64,000 nucleotides of DNA from NCBI GenBank assembly GCA_964426555.1, contig CAYRQJ010000001.1, positions 117,633 to 181,632 on the forward strand, in the 5' to 3' direction. This DNA is from an uncultured Candidatus Saccharibacteria bacterium. Its GTDB lineage: Bacteria > Patescibacteriota > Minisyncoccia > Phycocordibacterales > UBA9973. The notes under the pieces are model-generated. The model was given only the letters and a program-made list of their open reading frames with translations, searched no databases and was not told the origin of the DNA. This document shows, one piece after another, positions 50,601 to 58,469 of the stretch. The translations under genes were made by a program, and so were the position numbers. The number at the start of each line of letters is the position of its first letter. The stretch's first letter is position 1.

Positions 50601-50693
50601 GTGCTAGTAGAAGTATCAAGTTTAGTTGCACGAAAGTCAGGACTTGATATAATTACATTATAGCACAGATGAAGTTCTGGCTTTGTTTTTTTC

Positions 50694-50847
50694 TAAAGAC
50701 AATATTGATCTATAAGCAATCAGCTAATTTTGCCCGGTGCCTCTCGCGGAGGACGATTTGGTTTCGACTGGATCTATCCTACAAGGTTGTACTACTTGCT
50801 CGGACTTGTGCCTTGCAAGGATTGTTTATAGATTAATGCTGTTTTTA
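50694..50847 (+). ncRNA. Long-hairpin structured RNA, 6S RNA-like topology
   Basis: 28-bp closing stem (50694-50721 / 50820-50847) with 4 G-U pairs and 1 mismatch on +; internal bubble; apical gatttggt-TTCG-actggatc; terminator at 50847-50880. Confidence 0.6.
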
Positions 50848-50891
50848 AAAAACCACTGAAATAAATTCAGTGGTTTTTTTGTTTACTTATT

Positions 50892-51278
50892 TTAACGCAC
50901 CCCACCCTGACCCTCCCCGTGACCAGGGAGGGAAGACAGCAAAATCTTAATACTTGTTATTGTTTTATCTAAATCAGATTCTATCTCCTGATTTTTAAAT
51001 CTAATTATATTTAGTCCTAAGGATTTTAAATAATAATCTCTTTCTTTGTCGTAATTTTTATTTTTTAAATGTATTTCTCCATCTAATTCAATTACTAAAT
51101 TTTTATCTTTACAATAAAAATCTACAATATATATACCAATACTATGTTGTCTTCTAAATTTAAATCCTAGTTGTTTGTTTTTTAAATTACTCCAAAGTAA
51201 AGATTCTGCGTTAGTCATATTTTTTCTTAAACTTTGTCTTCTTTCTTTTAAGGTAAATTTAGTAAAAATCTTCTTCAT
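50892..51278 (-). CDS. DUF559 (Vsr-like PD-(D/E)XK) endonuclease
   Basis: LRKNMTNAESLLW, KFRRQH, YIVDFYC, IELDGEIH, IIRFKN; the C-terminal SLPGHGEGQGGVR is encoded by the flanking repeat. Confidence 0.92.
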   Translation of the reverse strand: MKKIFTKFTLKERRQSLRKNMTNAESLLWSNLKNKQLGFKFRRQHSIGIYIVDFYCKDKNLVIELDGEIHLKNKNYDKERDYYLKSLGLNIIRFKNQEIESDLDKTITSIKILLSSLPGHGEGQGGVR

Positions 51279-51346
51279 GTATAAATAATATCATTTATGT
51301 AGCAAAAGTCCTCCGCCTGTGAAGGGGAGGATTTAGGTGGGGTGCG
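50897..51346. mobile_element. Repeat-enclosed DUF559 cassette 1
   Basis: Arms gcaccccaccctgaccctcccc..gggaggga (50897-50933) and aaagtcctccgcc..ggaggatttaggtggggtgcg (51305-51346) in inverted orientation. Confidence 0.7.
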
Positions 51347-51355
51347 GTTAGTTCT

Positions 51356-53059
51356 TTACTTATTTTCTTCTAAGCTAACAACACTACGTACTTCTTCTAA
51401 TGTTGTGATTTTGTTTAATACTTTTACTATTCCATCTTCGCGCATATCAAATATTCCTTGTTTATCAGCAACTGTTTTGATTTCGTATTCAGAAGGATTG
51501 TTTGGAATAATTTCTTGAATGGATTGGTCATTATAAATTGCTTCAAATATTCCCATTTGGCCCTTGAATCCTGTGAAGTTACATTTCTCACATCCATGCG
51601 CCATGGCTAATTCGTAACTATCTTTTATTTCTACATTATAAGGTTTTAAATCTTTACCATTTTTTACAGCAACATTTAAAATATTATTTATTATCGCAAC
51701 TTCTTCAGCTGTCGCAGGTTTTGTTGTGCTGCAGTCTTTACAAATTTTTCTTACCAACCTTTGTGCAATAGACAAAGATAATGCAGATACAAGAATTTTT
51801 GGGTTTACTCCAAGATCTATAAAACGAGGGATTACTCCGGCAGCGTTGTTGGTGTGCAAAGTAGAGAACACAATGTGTCCAGTTAATGCTGCTTCTATGG
51901 CAATTTCTGCTGTTTCGTGGTCACGGATTTCTCCAACCATTATTACTTCTGGGTCTTGGCGAAGTGCACTACGCAAACCTGCTGCAAAAGTATAGCCTTT
52001 TTCTACATCAGCTTGAGTTTGGGTTATACCCGGTAAATGATATTCAATAGGGTCTTCAATTGTAATGATTTTTACTTCTTTACTATAAATTCTTTGTAAG
52101 AATGAATATAATGATGTTGTTTTACCAGACCCTGTAGGACCAGTTAATAGTATCATTCCATTTGGCTTATGAATTTCAGCATCGATAAGTTTAAATAAAT
52201 TATCTGGGATACCCAATACTTCCATACCAACACGAATAGATTTCGGGTTAAGTAAACGCATTACAATAGACTCACCATATGCTCCTGGGATTAAAGATAC
52301 ACGAACAGATATTTCGTCTTCACCAATAAAAATAGAAAATCTTCCGTCTTGAGCAATAGAACTGTTGGTAATTTTAACTCCGGAAATTAATTTGATACGA
52401 GAAGAAATAAGATGGAAAAATTTAATAGGCAACACTACGGCTTCTTGCAGTACTCCGTCAAGACGATAGCGAATAGTTAAATCATTTTCATTGGGTTCAA
52501 TATGAATGTCAGATGCAGATAATTTCATTGCACCGGCAATAATTGTTTTTAAAACATGAGATGTAAAATGAATACTGTCTTTTCCTGCTTCATCAATTTT
52601 GCTTTTTACATCAGCAATAGTTTTAATAGATTCACCAATTTCCATTATTACGTCTCCTGTAATTTCAATACTACCAGTAGCGCTGGCGGTAGCTCCGGAC
52701 AATTCGGTATAACGCTCCCAAACTTTTTCTAAACTAGCGCGAGACGCAATGTATAATTCGGGATTCATACCTTTACGCTGAATACTTTCTAGAATTTGAG
52801 ACACTTCACCACGGCTGGGTGCATGAGCAGCCACCATTATTTTTTTACCAACAATTTTAAAAGGAGCTACTTCGGCATTTCTAGCTTCGGCTTCGGTAAC
52901 GTAGCGCAGGGCTTCGTTGTCGATAGCAATAGTACCCAAATTAATATAGGGGATGTTATATTTTTCAGCAGAAAGTAGTTGCATTAAGGCTTCTTCTTCT
53001 CTACGACGAAAATCTTCTATGGTTTTGTTTTGTTCGTCTTTATCACTAAGGTTGGACAT
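51356..53059 (-). CDS. Second GspE/PilB-family ATPase
   Basis: ASDIHIEP, QDGRF, GPTGSGKTT, LRQDPEVIMVGEIRD, CKDC...CEKC zinc motif. Confidence 0.92.
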   Translation of the reverse strand: MSNLSDKDEQNKTIEDFRRREEEALMQLLSAEKYNIPYINLGTIAIDNEALRYVTEAEARNAEVAPFKIVGKKIMVAAHAPSRGEVSQILESIQRKGMNPELYIASRASLEKVWERYTELSGATASATGSIEITGDVIMEIGESIKTIADVKSKIDEAGKDSIHFTSHVLKTIIAGAMKLSASDIHIEPNENDLTIRYRLDGVLQEAVVLPIKFFHLISSRIKLISGVKITNSSIAQDGRFSIFIGEDEISVRVSLIPGAYGESIVMRLLNPKSIRVGMEVLGIPDNLFKLIDAEIHKPNGMILLTGPTGSGKTTSLYSFLQRIYSKEVKIITIEDPIEYHLPGITQTQADVEKGYTFAAGLRSALRQDPEVIMVGEIRDHETAEIAIEAALTGHIVFSTLHTNNAAGVIPRFIDLGVNPKILVSALSLSIAQRLVRKICKDCSTTKPATAEEVAIINNILNVAVKNGKDLKPYNVEIKDSYELAMAHGCEKCNFTGFKGQMGIFEAIYNDQSIQEIIPNNPSEYEIKTVADKQGIFDMREDGIVKVLNKITTLEEVRSVVSLEENK

Positions 53060-53116
53060 GGGTTTATTATATAGGAAAATAGGGAGAGGAGCAAAAACCT
53101 ATAACACCTCAAAAAC

Positions 53117-53576
53117 ACACCTCACCCCTGACCCCTCTCCATTAAAATAGGAGAGGGGAATGTGGTTTATTTACAAACTAAGTTCTTTTTTGATTTTTAA
53201 TATTACACTTGGTAAATTTTTAGCAATTTCGCTATTCCAAAATCTAAGAACTTTAATATCTTTTGAGTTTAAGTATTCTTGTCGTCCAAGATCATAATTT
53301 TTTGTTTCTTTATTATGCACACCACCATCTAGTTCTATACATAACTTCATTTCTGGACAATAAAAATCAAGGATAAATTTATCCAAGGGGTGTTGTCTTC
53401 TAAATTTAAAGCCTAGTTTGTTATTACGTAAAAATTTCCAAAGCATTTTTTCTTCAATAGTTTCTTCCTTTCTTAAATATCTAGATTTTTTAATTAGATC
53501 AACTTTATTCATGTATTTAAATTTTACCACATTCCTTTCTCCGCAAAAGTGGGGAGAAAGGTAAGGGATGAGGTGT
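53117..53576. mobile_element. Repeat-enclosed DUF559 cassette 2
   Basis: ~50-bp inverted arms 53117-53166 and 53526-53576 (acacctca.ccct.acc..tctcc...ggaga..ggaatgtggt). Confidence 0.78.
53171..53530 (-). CDS. DUF559 endonuclease
   Basis: LRKEETIEEKMLW, KFRRQH, FILDFYC, IELDGGVH, VLRFWN. The start may be ATG 53512. Confidence 0.92.
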   Translation of the reverse strand: MVKFKYMNKVDLIKKSRYLRKEETIEEKMLWKFLRNNKLGFKFRRQHPLDKFILDFYCPEMKLCIELDGGVHNKETKNYDLGRQEYLNSKDIKVLRFWNSEIAKNLPSVILKIKKELSL

Positions 53577-53684
53577 TTTTGGGATATAAAATACTCTTAA
53601 TCTATAAGCCTAAAACCCAAATACTACCCATTGACTTTTTATATAAAAAGTGATATAATAATACCAAATTAACAATAGAAAAAG

Positions 53685-54875
53685 ATGAAAAACCATAAAG
53701 GTTTGAAGACGTGGATCCTGATTGGATTCTGCTTCGCAGCACAAATTGTGGCAGGGTCTAATTACAACCCACCAATGAAGGCCACTGATGGCTCAACTAT
53801 CTCCAACTTAACCATACTCGACTTTGTTGAGAACGGTGAGAACGTGAAAGTTGGGGAGGAGTTTTACTCTGCTCGTAGTGGGCAAACAGTAAAGGTTTAC
53901 GTAAAGTGGGCACAGTATGTGTACACCTACAAAACTTTATTGTCTGAGGCAAAAACAATTAACCCAGCTAGATATCGTAAATATGTCACACTGGAAGATT
54001 TTATTGCTGACTGGGTTTCGATTCCTGGAGAAAAAGTTGGTAGTGAAAACCGTTTCAAAAATACCGGAGTACACATTGTAACCGGTGCTATTGAGCCACT
54101 TCCAAGTTTTACTACTTGGAGTACATTACCAACCAATACCTCGTATTGGGGAATTGTAGACGGAGGCATTTATTATGATATATGGGCTAAAGGTAACTGT
54201 GCAAATGTTATCTTAACCTATATGGAGTATATTGCTCCTGTGGTTGTATCAGACTTTGTTGAAGCACCAGCACCTGTTGTTGTAACACGCCGTGCATTGG
54301 GTTCCAATGAAAAGATCACCTGTTTGGGTGATACTGTAGTTATGGGAACCAGAACTACTAGCGGAACTTTTGCAAAGAATAATACTCTTTGGTTAAGTGA
54401 TGCTGGTGTGTGGTATCAGCTGCATCCACCAGTTAATGGAGTAAAGGTTGATAAAACCGAACTGTGCCCAAAGACTGGAAGTGTTATTAAAACCGACACC
54501 ATTCACAAAATGGTTATTATTGAAGAAATTCATAAAAAAACTACTACAGTGGATACTACTCGGACCATGTCTCAGAATTATTCTGGATCTGGTAGACGAT
54601 TCGTTCAACAGAGATCTATTTGGAGATCTGGTGGAGGCTACGTCACTTTTAATAGTGGTGGTGGTCAGCAACGACAACAAACAAGGAGATCTCGCCCGCA
54701 ACAACGAACACAATTTGGTGGAAGATCTTCCAACGGTGGCTCATCTGGAGGACTTGTCTCTAATGGTGGCTCAAACGGTGGAGTTATTTCCAACGGTGGC
54801 TCATCTGGCGGCGGCGGTTCCAATGGAGGAGGCGCAATCTCTGGTGTAAAACAAAGAATGCCTCGTCGATGGTAA
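53685..54875 (+). CDS. Secreted hypothetical protein with Gly/Ser/Arg-rich disordered tail
   Basis: Signal peptide; tandem SNGG(S/G) repeats at about 54729-54830; own promoter (TTGACT..TGATATAAT-like) and terminator at 54898-54931. Confidence 0.7.
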   Translation: MKNHKGLKTWILIGFCFAAQIVAGSNYNPPMKATDGSTISNLTILDFVENGENVKVGEEFYSARSGQTVKVYVKWAQYVYTYKTLLSEAKTINPARYRKYVTLEDFIADWVSIPGEKVGSENRFKNTGVHIVTGAIEPLPSFTTWSTLPTNTSYWGIVDGGIYYDIWAKGNCANVILTYMEYIAPVVVSDFVEAPAPVVVTRRALGSNEKITCLGDTVVMGTRTTSGTFAKNNTLWLSDAGVWYQLHPPVNGVKVDKTELCPKTGSVIKTDTIHKMVIIEEIHKKTTTVDTTRTMSQNYSGSGRRFVQQRSIWRSGGGYVTFNSGGGQQRQQTRRSRPQQRTQFGGRSSNGGSSGGLVSNGGSNGGVISNGGSSGGGGSNGGGAISGVKQRMPRRW

Positions 54876-54947
54876 TTTGTTCTTTTAAGATTTATTTAGG
54901 CTCCTGGATTTTTAATCCAGGAGCCTTTTTTCTTGTATAAACTTGAC

Positions 54948-55014
54948 CCCGTTAGAGCCAAGCCGCCCCAAGGTGGCTGTAGCACTCGCGTTGCGAGGGC
55001 GGGCCTCTAACGGG
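54948..55014. mobile_element. 67-bp CCCGTTAGA-type element at a -35 box
   Basis: cTTGAC 54942-54947 [cccgttagag..ctctaacggg] gTTGAC 55015-55020; GC-rich internal hairpins; TTGACA then TGaTATAAT at 55037-55045. Confidence 0.8.
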
Positions 55015-55051
55015 GTTGACAAAAGCCTATAAAAGGTGATATAATACTGGC

Positions 55052-57178
55052 ATGAAACAAAGTATAAAACTTTTAGGTTTTTCATTATTTGCCTTTGCAA
55101 TGCTGGCTTTTACTAGCACAGCACATGCAGCATTTAACGAAAATATTGCCGGAACAGATTGTTCCGTAGCTGGTATTGCACTGGCTGGGCAACCACTGCA
55201 AAATGGTTGTGCAAATTATCAGGATCAAGTATCTGCAACATACGGACAAGTAATAGATGTTAATCTTTACTACCGTAATACTAGTAGTACCGATGCACAA
55301 AATGCACGCGGGACAATTGCTGTTGTTGGTAGTGCAAATGGTTATTCATTTAGAAACAGTATCACATCCAGTGTGGGTGGAGCTGGTCCAAAAACAGTGT
55401 ATCTTACACTGCCAGCTGATGCTGAAATAGATTTTAATGGTGCAAAAATATATCAACGTCGTCGTGCTAGTCCAATGAATCAAACATTGATGGGGCAAAT
55501 TACAGACGCCGCTAATTTAAATAGTTTTGCATTGGGAAATAACGGAACTGTAGAATCTTATTTAAAATGTCAAACATTTGGTGATTCTTTTTGTTACCAA
55601 GGTTATGTTGTAGCTACTTTTACTGTAGTAAAAACTGCAACTAATCCACAAATTTGTACTGACCCAACTGCATTAAATTACAATGGGGCATTGCCATGTA
55701 GTTACTATACACCTCCACAACAACCAAGATGTTTGGTTCCAGGAGCTATTAACTATGGATCTTACGACCCATGTACTTTTCCTTATGTTCCTCCGGTGCA
55801 ACAATGTGTAATAAATTATTTTAGTGCAAACCCTGCAGTAATAACACAAGGAGCTACTTCTAACTTAACTTGGTCAACAACTAATTGTACTAGTGCACAA
55901 ATATATCCAACATTAAACAGTGTTAGTGTTACAGGTTCTCAATATGTAACACCTGCATCTAGTACTGTGTATACTTTGTACGCAACTGGCCAAAATGGTA
56001 ACCCAACAGCTACTACTGTAGTTACAGTAGGAGCTCCTCCGGTAAAGCCTGTATGTTCTGACAATATCGATAACGATGGTGATGGTAAAATTGATATAAA
56101 CGACCCAGGGTGTTTTGATGGTAATATTTATAACCCAAACAAGCAAAGTGAATACAACGTTGTAATAAATACACAATCTGGACCAAGCGTTAGTACACTG
56201 GCTGCTTCTAGTATTACAAAAGATACTTGTAAAATATCTGGAATTGTTCGTATTAATGACACTGCTTTGACTACTGGATATTTCAAATATGGGACTAGTC
56301 CAAGTAATTTAATTTATACAACAAAACAGGATACTGTAGGCAGTAGTGCTGGGTCTTACCAATTTGCAGATTATATTCAAAGTCTTGCAGCTAATACTAC
56401 TTATTACTATAAAATAGTAGCAACAAATAGTTTTGGTACTAAAGAAGGTGAAGTAAGATCTTGTAAAACAAAAACAAATACAGTAGTCGTAACACAGCCG
56501 GGTGATACTGTTACAAGAACAGTAGTAAGACAAGTAGAAGTAAAACCAATTGTTACAACTGTTGTTCCTCAGGAAAGAATTATTGCAAATTCTGCACCGT
56601 CACTGTTATTCCTAAGAATTGATGACCGTAGAGAAGATTTAACTTGTAGTGATGTTGTGGACTATCAAGTAGTTTACAAAAATGTATCAAATGTAGTATT
56701 GCAAAATGCAGTATTAGAAGTTCAATTACCAACAGGAGTTAACTTTGTTAAAGCCAGTGGTGGTGGTGCATATAGTGAATCTACAAAAACAGTTACATTT
56801 ACTATTGGTACAGTATTGCCTGGGCAAGAAGATGCTAAATTTATTCAAGCAGATGTTGTTTGTGCTGATATTGATTCTAATATGCTTGTAGCTAATGCTA
56901 GTATGGTTTACACAAACCCAATGACAACTGCTCAGGAAGAAGCAATTGCTTATGATATTGATGCATTTTTAGGAGCTACTGCAATAAACGGTAGAACATC
57001 TCTAACTGGTGCTGCAATTTTTGGAGCAGGATTTATGCCTAATTCATTAGTTGGATGGTTAATATTGATACTACTGATTGCTGGTTTAATATATTTGATA
57101 AGAATATTTTTAATGCCAACACCATTAAGACGATCAAAAATTACTACTGATACTCATAGCGAAGAAACACATCACTAA
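55052..57178 (+). CDS. Surface protein with Cys-rich repeats, FN3-like and DUF11-like domains and a C-terminal TM anchor
   Basis: Signal AHA-A; CTDPTALNY repeats; CSDNIDNDGDGKIDINDPGC; LAANTTYYY; LTGAAIFG..GWL TM. Confidence 0.75.
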   Translation: MKQSIKLLGFSLFAFAMLAFTSTAHAAFNENIAGTDCSVAGIALAGQPLQNGCANYQDQVSATYGQVIDVNLYYRNTSSTDAQNARGTIAVVGSANGYSFRNSITSSVGGAGPKTVYLTLPADAEIDFNGAKIYQRRRASPMNQTLMGQITDAANLNSFALGNNGTVESYLKCQTFGDSFCYQGYVVATFTVVKTATNPQICTDPTALNYNGALPCSYYTPPQQPRCLVPGAINYGSYDPCTFPYVPPVQQCVINYFSANPAVITQGATSNLTWSTTNCTSAQIYPTLNSVSVTGSQYVTPASSTVYTLYATGQNGNPTATTVVTVGAPPVKPVCSDNIDNDGDGKIDINDPGCFDGNIYNPNKQSEYNVVINTQSGPSVSTLAASSITKDTCKISGIVRINDTALTTGYFKYGTSPSNLIYTTKQDTVGSSAGSYQFADYIQSLAANTTYYYKIVATNSFGTKEGEVRSCKTKTNTVVVTQPGDTVTRTVVRQVEVKPIVTTVVPQERIIANSAPSLLFLRIDDRREDLTCSDVVDYQVVYKNVSNVVLQNAVLEVQLPTGVNFVKASGGGAYSESTKTVTFTIGTVLPGQEDAKFIQADVVCADIDSNMLVANASMVYTNPMTTAQEEAIAYDIDAFLGATAINGRTSLTGAAIFGAGFMPNSLVGWLILILLIAGLIYLIRIFLMPTPLRRSKITTDTHSEETHH

Positions 57179-57422
57179 GCCCTACGTGGCCTACACCCGT
57201 AGGTAAATGTGTAGCCGATACTAAATCAAAACCCGCCAAATTCTTGGCGGGTTTTGTTATTGTGGATAAGTTGCTATGTTTAAAAATTATATCTGTTATT
57301 ATAGCTACTAGTATGTCGATACAGAACAAACATGTAAAAAGATTTTCTATCGAATCTATTATATGTTTTTCGTCCCTCACAATTGTTGTGAGGGATTTTT
57401 TTATTAATTAATTAAATTTATT

Positions 57423-58268
57423 ATGAGAAATAACTATATAGCAACGCCAGATATAAAATTGTTTAACGAAGTCGTGCAAAAAATGCGCAGTTTCTTTTTA
57501 GGAAAAGGTTATGTTGAAGTTCACACTCAAGACCGGTTATCCATACTTGCAGCATGTGAAGACCCTGAAACCGTAGCTACATACAACTATGCTGGAGAAG
57601 TGTGGCCATTACCCCAAACGGGCCAAATGTGGCTAGAATATGAACTATTAACCAAGCCTAAAATTCCAGGTGTTTTTTGTGTCTCTACTAGCTACCGCCA
57701 AGAACCACGCCCAGTGCCAGGAAGACATAATATAGTTTTTCCAATGTTTGAATTTGAATCACACGGGACACTGGATGATTTACGAAAATTAGAAATTGAA
57801 CTTTTGGAATATATGGGCTTTGGAAAAGAAGAAGATTTCAAACATTTTACATATAAAGAATTAGCAAATAAATACGGAGTTATTGAATTAACCAATGAAC
57901 ATGAAATGAAAATGGATACAGAAATTGCGCATAATACTTTTATAGAATATTTTCCGGAAACTACATCTCCATTTTGGAATATGAAAAGGCAAGACTCCGA
58001 AACTGCAAAAAAAATAGATGTAATAATGTACGGAATGGAAACCATTGGTAGTGCGGAAAGAGAAGTGGATAAAGAAATTATGCGTAAAAGATTTGATACT
58101 ATTTCAAACGGGGGTTATGCGCAAAAGCTGTATGATTTGTTTGGGCGTGAGCGAGTAGAAAAAGAATTGAACGAATTTTTAGAACTGGAATTTTTCCCAA
58201 GATTTGGTGGGGGAATAGGCATGACCCGCATAATGCGAGCATATAAGATACTAAATGAAGGCAAGTAG
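57423..58268 (+). CDS. Class II aaRS (Asp/Asn/Lys) catalytic-domain-only paralog, AsnRS2/archaeal-type asparagine synthetase-like
   Basis: LPQTGQMWLE, motif 2 SYRQE..RH..F.MFEFE, ETIGSAERE, motif 3 GGGIGMTR; no anticodon-binding domain. Confidence 0.75.
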   Translation: MRNNYIATPDIKLFNEVVQKMRSFFLGKGYVEVHTQDRLSILAACEDPETVATYNYAGEVWPLPQTGQMWLEYELLTKPKIPGVFCVSTSYRQEPRPVPGRHNIVFPMFEFESHGTLDDLRKLEIELLEYMGFGKEEDFKHFTYKELANKYGVIELTNEHEMKMDTEIAHNTFIEYFPETTSPFWNMKRQDSETAKKIDVIMYGMETIGSAEREVDKEIMRKRFDTISNGGYAQKLYDLFGRERVEKELNEFLELEFFPRFGGGIGMTRIMRAYKILNEGK

Positions 58269-58378
58269 TATTTAAAACTAAGCTCTTCTCAAAATGCACA
58301 CATAATTTTTTGAGAAAAATTTGCTCTGCTCGAAGGATGGACCTTCTGCGCAAGGCATTTTTCAAAGACTTAGTTTTT

Positions 58379-58420
58379 AAAGTCCTCCGCCTGTGAAGGG
58401 GAGGATTTAGGTGGGGTGCG
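58379..58420. repeat. REP-like palindrome, solo copy
   Basis: 42 bp identical to 51305-51346. Confidence 0.9.
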
Positions 58421-58469
58421 TTATAGAAGCTAAAGAATTTATTAGTGGGTTTTGTGCTAAAATAGGCTT

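Noticed and set aside
50731-50752. tgcccggtgcctctcgcggagg resembles the start of 5S rRNA
   Set aside because: The conserved CCGAAC loop and the rest of the 5S pattern are missing.
50748-50771. GGAGGACGATTTGGTTTCGACTGG resembles a tmRNA 5' end
   Set aside because: No matching T-arm/acceptor 3' end or tag frame nearby in normal or permuted order; the segment pairs internally as a UUCG hairpin.
50694-50847. Retron-like a1/a2 inverted repeat
   Set aside because: No reverse transcriptase anywhere in the window.
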